Source of the DNA: a bacterium
GTDB lineage: Bacteria; Planctomycetota; UBA1135; UBA2386
Length of the DNA stretch: 64,000 nucleotides
Assembly (NCBI GenBank): GCA_024743115.1
Contig: JANSXC010000003.1
Coordinates: forward strand, 52,382 to 116,381
Direction: 5' to 3'
Below are positions 37,396-47,427 of the stretch, piece after piece. Position 1 is the stretch's first letter, and the number at the start of each line of letters is the position of its first letter. The position numbers were made by a program, and so were the translations under genes. The notes under the pieces were generated by a model that did not search any database, was not told where the DNA came from, and saw nothing but the letters and a program-made list of their open reading frames with translations.

Positions 37396-39381
37396 ATGTC
37401 CGGTTCTCACCGACAGCTGCTCACTATCGTCGTGATCCTGTTGTTGATCGGACTGCTCGCGGGGCTTTGGCGCAGCCCGGATCCCGTTGAGACGAACCCG
37501 GGCTCCGAAGCGCCGAGAACAACGAACGCCATCGCGACGCCGCAGAGCAGTGCTCCGGACCAAAAACCGTCGACAACGACTCGCGACCTGGTCGCTGCAC
37601 CGACCGAACAACCACCGGGACCGCGCCTCGATCGCCTGCTGCGCATCCGGCTCGTCGGCATCGTGCCGGAGGTGCCGTGGACCGAGCCACTGCGATTCGA
37701 TCTCAGCGGCCGCACCGCCGCGCGTGAGCACCATGAACTCGAGGATCGGCTGACGGTCGACATCGAGGGTGTCGCGACGATCGAACTGCCCGACTGGGTC
37801 GACGAACTGACGAGCACGAAGTTGCGGATCGAGTGTCGCGACCCGAACTATCGGCCGATCCGTCACCGTAGACGGGACAAGGTCGAGCCGGGAGAACTCG
37901 TGATCGAGGTCGAGCACGTGCGGATCTTGACCGGACGCGTCGTGGACGCCGAGGGCGAGCCGGTTGCTGCCGCCCGGGTCGGGGCGTTCTGGTTCTACAG
38001 CGGCCGAATCACCAACACGAACGTCGGTACGACCTCGACCGCACAGGATGGCAGCTACCGACTCCAGGTGCCGCCGGACCCGGCGCTGGCGATCGTTGCC
38101 GCTGCCATGGAGCCAGTGCAGATCAGCGGCCGCCTTGCCATGGGGTACCACGGAGCGATCGCAGAGACCGGAATCCTGCGTCCCGATCTGCTGCCGGCGT
38201 GGCTGTCCCTGCCCGAGCCGAACTCGGACGCACCACCACCACCCATGGAACTCGACGATCTCGTACTCCGACCAGCGGCTCGCATCCGCGGCGCGCTGCG
38301 ATGGACAGACGGCGGAGGGATCACTGGGGGGCGTATCCGCAACGATCGGTCGAGCAGCGGACAGCGGCTGTTGTGGGGTCAGACTTTCGAGCTCTCCCCC
38401 AGCGCCCGCGTCTACCACGAGGTCACCCAGCAGTTCCGTATCTTCGCATCGCTGATAGCCGACGTAGCCGGAGACTTTGAGCTGGCTGCTCGCCCAGGCG
38501 AGCGCATGAGAATCGAGGTAGTGGATATTCCCGAAGCGCTCTGCGACGGCGGCATCTTCTTCGACAGCTCGCCAGCACCGTGCTTCGTCGAGTGTGTGGT
38601 GCCAATGGCAGACCTGCGCGCCACCCACCGCGGCAAGCCCGTGCCCAACGCGCTCTTCGAGCTGAGTAGCGGCAAGACGCGAAGAGCCGACGAAAACGGA
38701 CGCTTGAGTGTGGCCCCGGGCCACCATCGCGTGCGAGCCCGGAAAGAAGGGTTGGTATCACGCTGGCATCAACCAGGCCGCTTGACTGGAAACCCGCAGA
38801 CGATCGACATCGAACTCAGCGACCGACTCACGCCTGTCACGATTCATTTGGCAGAGGGCGCGTCGCCTCCCCCCGACGAACTCGAGTACGAGTGGCTCGT
38901 CGATGGCAGCTCACGAACCGTGCAGAACGCGCGGCGCGAATCGGGATCGCGGTACCGCGCATTCGTTCCGCGCGGCAAGGTCCGATTGCGCGTGGGCGGT
39001 GGCCTCGAGGGCTTCATTGTGCCGACCTCGCACATCCTCGACATCGAACACGAACCCATCGATCTCGAGGTCACCCCTCGCGAAGGCGGCCGCCTCGTGC
39101 TCGAGGTCGACAAGCGCGGGACCCGGCATACGGGCCACTGGGCCATCACCGACGCGGCCGGACAGCCCGTGAAGGGCCGGTTCTGGACCCACACGCGATC
39201 CGGCCGCCGCAAGATGCCGGTGCCGGATCGGACGTTCTCGTGGGAAGGCCCCCAGACCCTCGAACACCCCCTCCTGCCCGGAAACTACCGCATCGAGGTC
39301 ACCGCGCTCCAGACTCGGGAAACCCGCGATTTCACCATCCGACCCCGCGAAACGACCACCGTGCGGGTCCGGCTACCTTGA
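37396..39381 (+). CDS. membrane-anchored carboxypeptidase-regulatory-like domain protein
   Basis: N-terminal TM; LTGRVVDAEGEPVAAARV, TAQDGSYRL, ADENGRL, LLPGNYRIEV. Confidence 0.75.
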   Translation: MSGSHRQLLTIVVILLLIGLLAGLWRSPDPVETNPGSEAPRTTNAIATPQSSAPDQKPSTTTRDLVAAPTEQPPGPRLDRLLRIRLVGIVPEVPWTEPLRFDLSGRTAAREHHELEDRLTVDIEGVATIELPDWVDELTSTKLRIECRDPNYRPIRHRRRDKVEPGELVIEVEHVRILTGRVVDAEGEPVAAARVGAFWFYSGRITNTNVGTTSTAQDGSYRLQVPPDPALAIVAAAMEPVQISGRLAMGYHGAIAETGILRPDLLPAWLSLPEPNSDAPPPPMELDDLVLRPAARIRGALRWTDGGGITGGRIRNDRSSSGQRLLWGQTFELSPSARVYHEVTQQFRIFASLIADVAGDFELAARPGERMRIEVVDIPEALCDGGIFFDSSPAPCFVECVVPMADLRATHRGKPVPNALFELSSGKTRRADENGRLSVAPGHHRVRARKEGLVSRWHQPGRLTGNPQTIDIELSDRLTPVTIHLAEGASPPPDELEYEWLVDGSSRTVQNARRESGSRYRAFVPRGKVRLRVGGGLEGFIVPTSHILDIEHEPIDLEVTPREGGRLVLEVDKRGTRHTGHWAITDAAGQPVKGRFWTHTRSGRRKMPVPDRTFSWEGPQTLEHPLLPGNYRIEVTALQTRETRDFTIRPRETTTVRVRLP

Positions 39382-39400
39382 ATTCCCGCCGCCCGGTATC

Positions 39401-39820
39401 ATGTTCCGCCCCATGGCGCTCCTTCGAGTGACAACCTGCCTCCTGTTCACGCTGTTCGCAGCGGACGAGCCGGTCAAGGCGAGCTTCACCGAGCTCGCGG
39501 GCTTCGACTACTCCGAGGGCATGACGCTGCCCAAGGAGGTCACCGATCTCGACGAGAAGGTCGTCAAGATCAACGGCTTCATGCAGCGCGAGGCGCCGGG
39601 CGTCGGTCCGGTCAACGCGTTCATGCTGATCAGCGACGCGTGTGGTTGCGAAGGCATGCCGATGCTCAACGAGATCGTGTTCTGCATGCTGCCGGACGGG
39701 GTCACGATGGACATCAAGCCCGGCATCGTCGAAGTGACGGGGAAGATCTACATCGGGGAAGAGAAGGAAGACGGCACCGTCATCATGCTCTACCAGATGG
39801 ACGCGGACACGGTGAAGTGA
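39401..39820 (+). CDS. DUF3299 family exported protein
   Basis: LDEKVVKINGFM, FMLI..ACGC..MP..NEIV, VEVTGKI, LYQM. Confidence 0.75.
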   Translation: MFRPMALLRVTTCLLFTLFAADEPVKASFTELAGFDYSEGMTLPKEVTDLDEKVVKINGFMQREAPGVGPVNAFMLISDACGCEGMPMLNEIVFCMLPDGVTMDIKPGIVEVTGKIYIGEEKEDGTVIMLYQMDADTVK

Positions 39821-39833
39821 CCGCCCGCCAGTC

Positions 39834-40994
39834 GTGAGAGCCCTCGTGTTGCTATCCGTCCTCGCCATCTCGGCGCCGATGCTGGCGCTGCTGCCGCCGG
39901 CCCAGGATCCCGCCACGGACTGGCACAAGGTGGTGAACAAGGCCGCTACGTCGCGCCGCTACGGCCTGCGCCTCGCGGCCGCCAAGAAGATCGCCAAGGC
40001 CGGCGCCGCCGCGATCCCCGCCGTCGACGCCTACGCGGAGCGGAACGGCCGCAACGCGCTGCCGCTGGCGATCGTCGACGCGATCTCCAAGGCCGAGACC
40101 GTCGGGCCCGCCGTGTTCGACCAGCTCATCGACTGGGCGGAGGATCGCGACTTCTACTGGCGACCCTATGCGTTCCTCGGGCTCGCGCGCCGCGCCCCGC
40201 TCGCCGAAGCTCGCAAGGCCGAACTCACGGAGCTCTTCACCGCCCATCGTGACGATCCGGCATGGCTGGTCGCGACGCACTCGCGGTTCGGCCTCGTGAT
40301 GCTCGGCGCCGGCGACCCGAGCCCACGACCGGACGACGACCCGCGGCTCGCGGCGCGCCTCGCGCAGCTGCTGCTGCGCGCCGGCAAACCCACCGACCTG
40401 CAGCCGCTCGTCGACGCGCTCGCGAACGAACGCACGTTCCTCGGCATGCCATGGGGCCAGCAGGAGGCGCGTGAATCCAACAAGGCGATCCGCGCCGTTC
40501 TCGGTGACGATCATCCGGGCCGCATCGAGGACAAGAACGCAGCCATCGCCGCGGTGCGCGCCGCGCTGACGAAGCGCTTCGGTCAGGAGCTGAAACAGCC
40601 GACGATCGTGCGCGACGCGGCGATCGAACTCGTCGGCGGCATCGAGTCGCTGTCCTGCAAGAGCGGCGACCTGTTCCTGCAGTGGACGGCCGACGGCCAG
40701 CTCTACGCCGGCATCGATGCGCGCCCGGCCGGCCAACTGCCCACAGCAGCCTGGCAAGAACTGTCTAAACAGCGCACAGAGCTGCCGATCGACAAGAGCC
40801 TCGGCATGGTGATTTGCGACGCCCTGCGTCTCAAATGGAGCGATCCGGCCCTCGAGGTGCGCTTCGCCCCGAGTTCGCTGCCCGAACCGGGCACAGTTTG
40901 GTTCGAGAGATTGGCCAACGCGCTCGCGACAGCCGATAAGAAGGACCTCGCAGCGGCGATCCGCGAGTCGGTCGAACAATTCGGCCTGCGGTGA
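39834..40994 (+). CDS. secreted alpha-helical (HEAT-like) hypothetical protein
   Basis: Signal peptide ending PPA-Q; HEAT-like DRDFYWRPYAFLGLA. Confidence 0.65.
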   Translation: MRALVLLSVLAISAPMLALLPPAQDPATDWHKVVNKAATSRRYGLRLAAAKKIAKAGAAAIPAVDAYAERNGRNALPLAIVDAISKAETVGPAVFDQLIDWAEDRDFYWRPYAFLGLARRAPLAEARKAELTELFTAHRDDPAWLVATHSRFGLVMLGAGDPSPRPDDDPRLAARLAQLLLRAGKPTDLQPLVDALANERTFLGMPWGQQEARESNKAIRAVLGDDHPGRIEDKNAAIAAVRAALTKRFGQELKQPTIVRDAAIELVGGIESLSCKSGDLFLQWTADGQLYAGIDARPAGQLPTAAWQELSKQRTELPIDKSLGMVICDALRLKWSDPALEVRFAPSSLPEPGTVWFERLANALATADKKDLAAAIRESVEQFGLR

Positions 40995-41074
40995 ACCCGG
41001 CTGACCCCGTGCCGCGACGGCACTCGGCCGCCGCTGCCACTCTGGCCAAGTAACCCCGAGAATCCTCGTATCCG

Positions 41075-44000
41075 ATGTGTGGCATCATCGCCGTTCTGCG
41101 CCGCAAGAGTCGGCGTGAGCCTCCAACGACCGCGAGCCTGACGCAGGCCGTCACCGAGGCCGAAGGCATCCTCGCCGCCGCGACCCTCGACGCGGCCGGA
41201 CTCGACGCCGCCGCAACGACGCTCTCGGCGCTCGACCGAGAACTGCAGGGCGCACCCGGACTGTGGTCGCTGCTGCAGGACGCCGATCTGCGCGCCGATC
41301 TGCGCACGCGCCTCGGCGTGCTGCAGGACCGCGTCCTCGCCCACGAGAGCTCGCTCGACGACGCCGCCGCGATCGGCAACGACGCGAGCGTCGAACTGCA
41401 CAACGCCGCACTCGTCCGGCTGAAGGATGCGCTCTGGGCCGTGCTCCGCGACCGCCTGCGCCACGCCGAGGCCGTGCAGAATCTAGCCGGCGGCGGCGAG
41501 TTCACGACCAACGACGCGGCCGGCGCATTCTCGAGCCTCGAGACCGCGCTGTCGGCACTCGATCGCCTCGAGGTGCGCGGTCGCGACTCGGCCGGGATCT
41601 CGATCCTCGTCACCGGCATCGACCCGGAGGCCGCGAAGTTCGCGGGCGAAATCGCAGCCCGCGGCCACGACGAACTGTTCCAGAACGGTGCCGTCCGTCG
41701 CACGAAGACGGGGCTCAACTTCGTCTACAAGTACGCCGCGGAGATCGGTGAACTCGGTGACAACGTGACCGCGCTGCGTCAGGCGATTCGCGAAGACGAA
41801 CTGCTGCAGCGCGCGCTGCGTGAGCCCGAGGCCGAAGCGCTCGTCCTCGGTCATACGCGCTGGGCCAGCGTCGGTATCATCAGCGAGCCCAACGCCCACC
41901 CGCTCAATCACGAAGAGACGGGCAATGCGAACTCGAACGTCGAAAGCGAGTACGTTCTCGGCGCCCTCAACGGCGACGTCGACAACCACGAAGAACTCGT
42001 GCAACGCCACGAGCTCGCGCTGCACCCGGCGATCACGACCGACGCCAAAGTGATCCCGACGCTGGTCTCGCGCCAGCTGCGAGACGGCACCGCCTTCGCA
42101 GAAGCTTTCCGCCGGACCGTCGCCGCGTTCGAGGGCTCGGTCGCCATCGGTGCGGCAACGGCCTGCGCACCCGATCAGCTCGCCCTCGCGTTGCGTGGCT
42201 CCGGCCAGGCGCTCTACGTCGGCGTGACCGAGGACACGTTCGTCATCGCGAGCGAGCCCTACGGCGTGATCGAGGAATGCGACCGCTACCTCCGCATGGA
42301 CGGTGAGACACCGGGCAACCCGGACAACCCGTCCGCGTCGCGCGGCCAGGTCGTCGTGCTCGACCGGGCCCACGCCGGCACGATCGCCGGCATGACACGG
42401 CTGGCCTACGACGGCACGCCGCTGCCGCTCTCCGACGGCGATCTCACGGATGCTGCGGTCACGACACGCGACATCGACCGCGCGGACTACCACCACTTCC
42501 TGGCCAAGGAGATCCACGAGTCGCCGGGCTCGTTCCAGAAGACGCTACGCGGCCGCATCAAGCGAATCGGTGATCGCCTGCAGGTCGCGCTGCCCGAGGA
42601 GTCGCTGCCGGCAAACGTGAAGGCGGCGCTGCAAAAGGACTGCAGGCGCGTGCTCGTCATCGGTCAGGGCACTGCCGCGGTCGCGGGCCAGGGCGTCGCC
42701 GCCGCGATCGCGGACGAACTGCAGAACAGCCACATCGCCGTCTCAGCACTGCCCGCGACCGAACTCAGTGGCTTCGGGCTCAGCGATGATATGCAGGACA
42801 CGCTGATCGTCGCGATCTCGCAGTCGGGCACGACGACAGACACCAACCGCACCGTCGATCTCGTGCGCGCGCGTGGCGCGACCGTGCTCGCGATCGTCAA
42901 CCGCCGCGGCAGCGATCTCTGCGACAAGGCCGACGGCGTGCTCTACACGAGCGATGGCCGCGACATCGAGATGAGCGTCGCGAGCACCAAAGCGTTCTAC
43001 TCGCAGTGCGCCGCGGGCCAGCTCCTTGCGCTCGCGCTCGCGCGCGCGGCGGACTGCCACGACGACGCGCACGAACACGAACTACTCGAGGCCCTGCTCG
43101 CGCTACCCGACGCGATGCGCCAGGTGCTGGCCGAGGACGAAGCGATCACCGAGGTCGCCCGCCAGGTCGCACCGCAGCGGCGTTACTGGGCGCTCGTCGG
43201 CAACGGCAAGAACCGCGTAGCCGCGGCCGAGATCCGGATCAAGCTCAGCGAACTCTGCTACAAGTCGATCGCCTGCGACGCGACCGAGGACAAGAAGCAC
43301 ATCGATCTGTCGTGCGAGCCAATGATCCTCGTCTGCGCCGCGGGCCTGACGGGCTCGACCGCGAGCGACGTCGCGAAGGAAGTCGCGATCTACAGCGCCC
43401 ACAAGGCGTGCCCGGTCGTGATCGCGAGCGCGGGCGAGACCCGCTTCTCGGCGGCCGCAGCCACGATCACCGTGCCACTCGTTCACCCGGCGCTCGCGTT
43501 CGTGTTGTCGACGATGGCCGGCCATCTGTTCGGCTATCGCGCGGCGCTCGCAATCGACGAACTCGCGATGCCGCTGCGGCGGATGCGCGGTGCGATCGAA
43601 GACACGTTCGGTGAAGGCAACGCCGACGAGACCGCGTTCGAGACACTGCGCGCCGAACTGCAGCCGCCCTGGCTCGACTTCCGCAAGGACCTGCAGCTCG
43701 GGCGCTACAACGGCACGCTCGAGGCCGCGACCGCGACGCAGCTGACGGCGCTGTGCAACTACGCGATGGGGCTCGTGCCGCTCGACGTCTATGCCGTCGA
43801 GTTCGGCGAAGCGGGCACGCCCGGGGTCGTCGTCGACAACCTCACGAACGCGCTGACCCAGGCGATCGACGAGCTCACGCGCCCGGTCGACGCGATCAAG
43901 CATCAGGCCAAGACCGTCACGGTGGGCATCTCGCGCGCCGACGAGGCGCTGCTGACCGTACCGCTCGTCCGCTGCGTGCTAGAAGCCGGCGCGAGCCGCG

Positions 44001-44536
44001 ACCACCTCGGCTACCGCGACCTCCGCGCGCTCGCCGGCCTCGACCCGGCCGTCACCGAGGTCCTCGGTTCGACCCGCTACCGCATCGACGGCGATGTCGA
44101 ACAGGGCGCGAGCATTCACGTCGTTGATCAGCGCGGCGCAGCAACCTCGTTGCCGTCCAGAACGGCGAAGAACCCCGCGCTCAAGGGCACGAAACACCTG
44201 GTCGCGATGGAACGCCAACTGTTCGTGGCCAAGGGCCGCAGCGACGAACGCACCGTGATCCTCGTGCCCGAGATCGAACAGAACCGCGCGGTCGGCATCA
44301 CGCTGCTGCACGTGCGGTTCGAGGAGCACCTGCCCGCGAGCGCGCTCCGCGGAGTCCTCGGCAACTACCGCAACCGCTACGCAGCTCTCGCGGACGCGGT
44401 CACCGAGACCGAACCGACGTTCGACACCGAACTGCTCGCAGCGATGACGGTGACGGACCTGCTCTGCGAGCCGATCTACTCGCTTGCAGATCGCTGGCGC
44501 CAGGGCTCGTTGGAACAGGGCTCCCTGAAGGACTGA
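41075..44536 (+). CDS. glmS: extended glutamine--fructose-6-phosphate aminotransferase (GlmS-like, 1153 aa)
   Basis: MCGII, LEVRGRDSAG, GHTRWAS, NAHP, ISQSGTTTDT, VASTKAF, IKLSELCY, AKTVTVG. Confidence 0.85.
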   Translation: MCGIIAVLRRKSRREPPTTASLTQAVTEAEGILAAATLDAAGLDAAATTLSALDRELQGAPGLWSLLQDADLRADLRTRLGVLQDRVLAHESSLDDAAAIGNDASVELHNAALVRLKDALWAVLRDRLRHAEAVQNLAGGGEFTTNDAAGAFSSLETALSALDRLEVRGRDSAGISILVTGIDPEAAKFAGEIAARGHDELFQNGAVRRTKTGLNFVYKYAAEIGELGDNVTALRQAIREDELLQRALREPEAEALVLGHTRWASVGIISEPNAHPLNHEETGNANSNVESEYVLGALNGDVDNHEELVQRHELALHPAITTDAKVIPTLVSRQLRDGTAFAEAFRRTVAAFEGSVAIGAATACAPDQLALALRGSGQALYVGVTEDTFVIASEPYGVIEECDRYLRMDGETPGNPDNPSASRGQVVVLDRAHAGTIAGMTRLAYDGTPLPLSDGDLTDAAVTTRDIDRADYHHFLAKEIHESPGSFQKTLRGRIKRIGDRLQVALPEESLPANVKAALQKDCRRVLVIGQGTAAVAGQGVAAAIADELQNSHIAVSALPATELSGFGLSDDMQDTLIVAISQSGTTTDTNRTVDLVRARGATVLAIVNRRGSDLCDKADGVLYTSDGRDIEMSVASTKAFYSQCAAGQLLALALARAADCHDDAHEHELLEALLALPDAMRQVLAEDEAITEVARQVAPQRRYWALVGNGKNRVAAAEIRIKLSELCYKSIACDATEDKKHIDLSCEPMILVCAAGLTGSTASDVAKEVAIYSAHKACPVVIASAGETRFSAAAATITVPLVHPALAFVLSTMAGHLFGYRAALAIDELAMPLRRMRGAIEDTFGEGNADETAFETLRAELQPPWLDFRKDLQLGRYNGTLEAATATQLTALCNYAMGLVPLDVYAVEFGEAGTPGVVVDNLTNALTQAIDELTRPVDAIKHQAKTVTVGISRADEALLTVPLVRCVLEAGASRDHLGYRDLRALAGLDPAVTEVLGSTRYRIDGDVEQGASIHVVDQRGAATSLPSRTAKNPALKGTKHLVAMERQLFVAKGRSDERTVILVPEIEQNRAVGITLLHVRFEEHLPASALRGVLGNYRNRYAALADAVTETEPTFDTELLAAMTVTDLLCEPIYSLADRWRQGSLEQGSLKD

Positions 44537-44563
44537 GTTACCTGCCGCCGTCCGGGGCTGCCG

Positions 44564-46141
44564 TCACTCGCGCTCGAAGAGCACGCGGTTCGCCGTGTCC
44601 GCTACGACCTTCTTGTCGCGCTCGGCCTTGGCGATCAGCGTGTCCCGCAGCAGCACACCGTGGTCCTTACGGTTCGTGCCCTTGGTAAAGCCCTCGATGC
44701 CGTCGCCGCCACGCGCAAGGAACGAGCTCGTCACGACGCGATAGGTCTTGGCATCGTCGAGCGGTTTGCCCGCGACCGTGACTTTCCGCAACACGCGTTT
44801 GCGCTTCTCGGTCGCGTAGGTGTAGGTCGCGCCGCCGATCTCGAGCAGGCGCCGGCGCCCTTTCAGCGAGCCCGCGATCAAGGCGCGCAGATCGGCACCC
44901 GTCATGTCCATCGAGATCAGCGAGTTGTCGAACGGCAACAGCTCGTAGATCATCCGCGGCGTCAGGGGCCCGGCCTGCAGCCGCGTGCGGAGTCCGCCCT
45001 TGTTGGTGAACGCGACATCGGCGCCGCTTGCCTCCAGGAACGCATCACAGACCAGGTTGCCGGCTGGGGTCGAACGCGCACCGCGGTTGTCGTTCAAGGA
45101 CGTCGCGAGCTCGCCGATGACCCGATCCCACTTCGCAGTGATGTGCGTCGTCTTCTCCGCGATCCACTTCTCGGTCTCGGGATCGGGCGGATACTTGTCG
45201 AGATCGAGCTCGACGAGCTCGCCCGATTCGATCACGAGCTTCCGCGTCTCCGCCTCGACCCGGGCTCGAACGCGATAGACCTCGCTCGCCTTGCCGTGGG
45301 TCTGCACGATCCAGGTATCGCCCTCGCGCACCGGCTTCTTCAGCCCCGAATGCGAATGCCCGCCGAGGATCAGCGGCACCTCGGGGAAGCGCTTCGCGAG
45401 CTTGCGGTCGACGTTGAGCCCACTGTGGGTCAACAGCACGATCACGTCACTGACCTTGCGCGCCTCGGGCAGCACCAACTCGAGGGCCTTGGCCTCGGCC
45501 TCGAAACCGGCCTCGCCCCAGGGGCCGGTCGACACGCCCTTGGTCTGCTCCGTGATGAGTCCGACGATCGCGATGCGCAACCCGTGCACCGTCACGACGT
45601 GGAACGGCTCGGCGTAGGGCATGTTCTGCCGCGCCTCCGAAGCTTCGATGATGATGTTCGCACCGAGTACGGGGAAGTCGGCCGCAGCACACAGCGCCTC
45701 GACGTTCTCCGGCCCGAAGTCGTACTCGTGATTGCCGAGCGCGGCCGCATCGACCCCGAGCCGCTCGAAGAACTCGACCGACAGCTGCCCGCGGGTTTCG
45801 TTGCCTTCGATCGTGCCCTGATACCAGTCCCCGCCATCGGTCGCGACGACGACCGCACCCGCCGCCGCAGCTTCGGCGCGCGCCGCCTTGACGAACGTCG
45901 CCATCGACGCCGCCCCACCCACGTGCGGCAGCGCGCGACGGTCGCCGCCGCCTCGCGCCTTCCAGAACGCGAGCTGGGGCCGGAACTGACCGTGGAAGTC
46001 GTTCCAGTGGATGAACACCACCTTGCCATCGCGCAAGGCCTGCGTCGTCGCACATCCCGGCAGCGCGATGACGCAGACCAGCGCGAGCACCGCGACCAGC
46101 GGTGAAAACAGGCGGAAAAGTCGGCTTTCGGACGTCGGCAC
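44564..46141 (-). CDS. bifunctional UDP-sugar hydrolase / 5'-nucleotidase lipoprotein (UshA-like)
   Basis: AGGAGG RBS; lipobox LPGC; NDFHG, DGGD, GNHEYD, LTHSG, GGHSH, NKGGLR, LPFDN, FLARGGDG. Confidence 0.92.
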   Translation of the reverse strand: MPTSESRLFRLFSPLVAVLALVCVIALPGCATTQALRDGKVVFIHWNDFHGQFRPQLAFWKARGGGDRRALPHVGGAASMATFVKAARAEAAAAGAVVVATDGGDWYQGTIEGNETRGQLSVEFFERLGVDAAALGNHEYDFGPENVEALCAAADFPVLGANIIIEASEARQNMPYAEPFHVVTVHGLRIAIVGLITEQTKGVSTGPWGEAGFEAEAKALELVLPEARKVSDVIVLLTHSGLNVDRKLAKRFPEVPLILGGHSHSGLKKPVREGDTWIVQTHGKASEVYRVRARVEAETRKLVIESGELVELDLDKYPPDPETEKWIAEKTTHITAKWDRVIGELATSLNDNRGARSTPAGNLVCDAFLEASGADVAFTNKGGLRTRLQAGPLTPRMIYELLPFDNSLISMDMTGADLRALIAGSLKGRRRLLEIGGATYTYATEKRKRVLRKVTVAGKPLDDAKTYRVVTSSFLARGGDGIEGFTKGTNRKDHGVLLRDTLIAKAERDKKVVADTANRVLFERE

Positions 46142-46255
46142 GACACCCTCCTACCCGGCACCGCGGGCCGCACAAGCCCCGGACCCACCCAGAACGACAA
46201 TTCGCGAGCATTCGCCCCCTTCCAAGCCGTCCCGGGCGCTTTATCCTGCTTGTCG

Positions 46256-47389
46256 ATGCCGGTTCCTTTGATCGATCTCACCCGCGACAAGCAGACACTC
46301 GCCGCGGTCGAGGCCGCGGTCGTCAACGTCGTCCGCAGTGGCCAATACGTGCTCGGCACCGAAGTCGAGCACTTCGAGCAGGAGCTGGCGACCTACCTCG
46401 GCTGCCGTCACGCGATCGCGCTGTCTTCCGGCACCGACGCATTGCTCGCGCCGCTCATGGCGCTCGACATCGGCCCCGGCGACGAGGTCGTGCTGCCGAC
46501 GTACTCGTTCTTCGCAACGGCTGGCGTCGTCGCACGCGTCGGCGCGAAGCCCGTCTTCGTCGACATCGAGCCGACCCATTGGAACATCGACCCCGAACGG
46601 CTCGACCAGGCGCTCGCGCAGTGCAAGAGCCCGAAGGCCGTCATCGGCGTGCACCTCTTCGGTACCGCGTTCGACGTCGACGCCGTGCTCGAGATCTGCA
46701 ACCGCTACTCGGTGCCCCTCATCGAGGACTCCGCGCAGGCGATCGGCACCAAGCACCAGGGCCGCATGCTTGGCAGCCGCGGGCTGTGCGGCGCGTGGTC
46801 GACGTTCCCGACCAAGAACATGGGCGGCATCGGCGACGGTGGCTTCTTCACGAGCAACGACGACGAGTTCACGGCCAAGGTCCGAATGCTGCGCAATCAC
46901 GGCATGGGCCGGCAGTACGAGCACCACACGATCGGCGGCAACTTCCGCATGGATGCGATCCAGGCGGCGGCACTCCGCATCAAGCTACGCGGCATCGAAG
47001 AGATCACGGAGACCCGCCGCGCGAACGCGCAGCAGTACCGCGACCTGTTCGAAGAGGCCGGCCTCGGTGACTGGGCCGAACTGCCGGTCGACACCGATCG
47101 CCACGCCTACCATCAGTTCGTCGTGCGACTGCCCGCCGACCAGCGTGACCTCGTGATCCAGCACCTGCGTCAGCAGGGCATCGGATGCGGCGTCTACTAC
47201 CCGATCCCGTTCCACCGCCAGCCGTGCTTCGGGTACCTCGGCAGCGACCCGAAGGACTTCCCGGTGGCCGAAACCGCGTCGAAGACCTCACTCGCACTGC
47301 CGATCTTCCAGGGCCTGACGGGTGCCGAGCAAATCGACGTCGTCGGCGCGCTCAAGCACTACCCGCGGCCGGTCGGCGCGGGCCGATAG
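46256..47389 (+). CDS. DegT/DnrJ/EryC1/StrS PLP-dependent sugar aminotransferase
   Basis: SSGTDAL, IEDSAQAIG, STFPTKNMGGIGDGG, GGNFRMDAIQAA. Confidence 0.94.
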   Translation: MPVPLIDLTRDKQTLAAVEAAVVNVVRSGQYVLGTEVEHFEQELATYLGCRHAIALSSGTDALLAPLMALDIGPGDEVVLPTYSFFATAGVVARVGAKPVFVDIEPTHWNIDPERLDQALAQCKSPKAVIGVHLFGTAFDVDAVLEICNRYSVPLIEDSAQAIGTKHQGRMLGSRGLCGAWSTFPTKNMGGIGDGGFFTSNDDEFTAKVRMLRNHGMGRQYEHHTIGGNFRMDAIQAAALRIKLRGIEEITETRRANAQQYRDLFEEAGLGDWAELPVDTDRHAYHQFVVRLPADQRDLVIQHLRQQGIGCGVYYPIPFHRQPCFGYLGSDPKDFPVAETASKTSLALPIFQGLTGAEQIDVVGALKHYPRPVGAGR

Positions 47390-47427
47390 CGAGGCTTCGC
47401 AGCTTCGGGCTGCTCAGCTCGGGCCGC

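Noticed and set aside
35148-46141. Two 5'-nucleotidases as a nucleotide-depletion defence system
   Set aside because: They belong to unrelated, common housekeeping families, lie about 8 kb apart on opposite strands, and have no defence-gene context.
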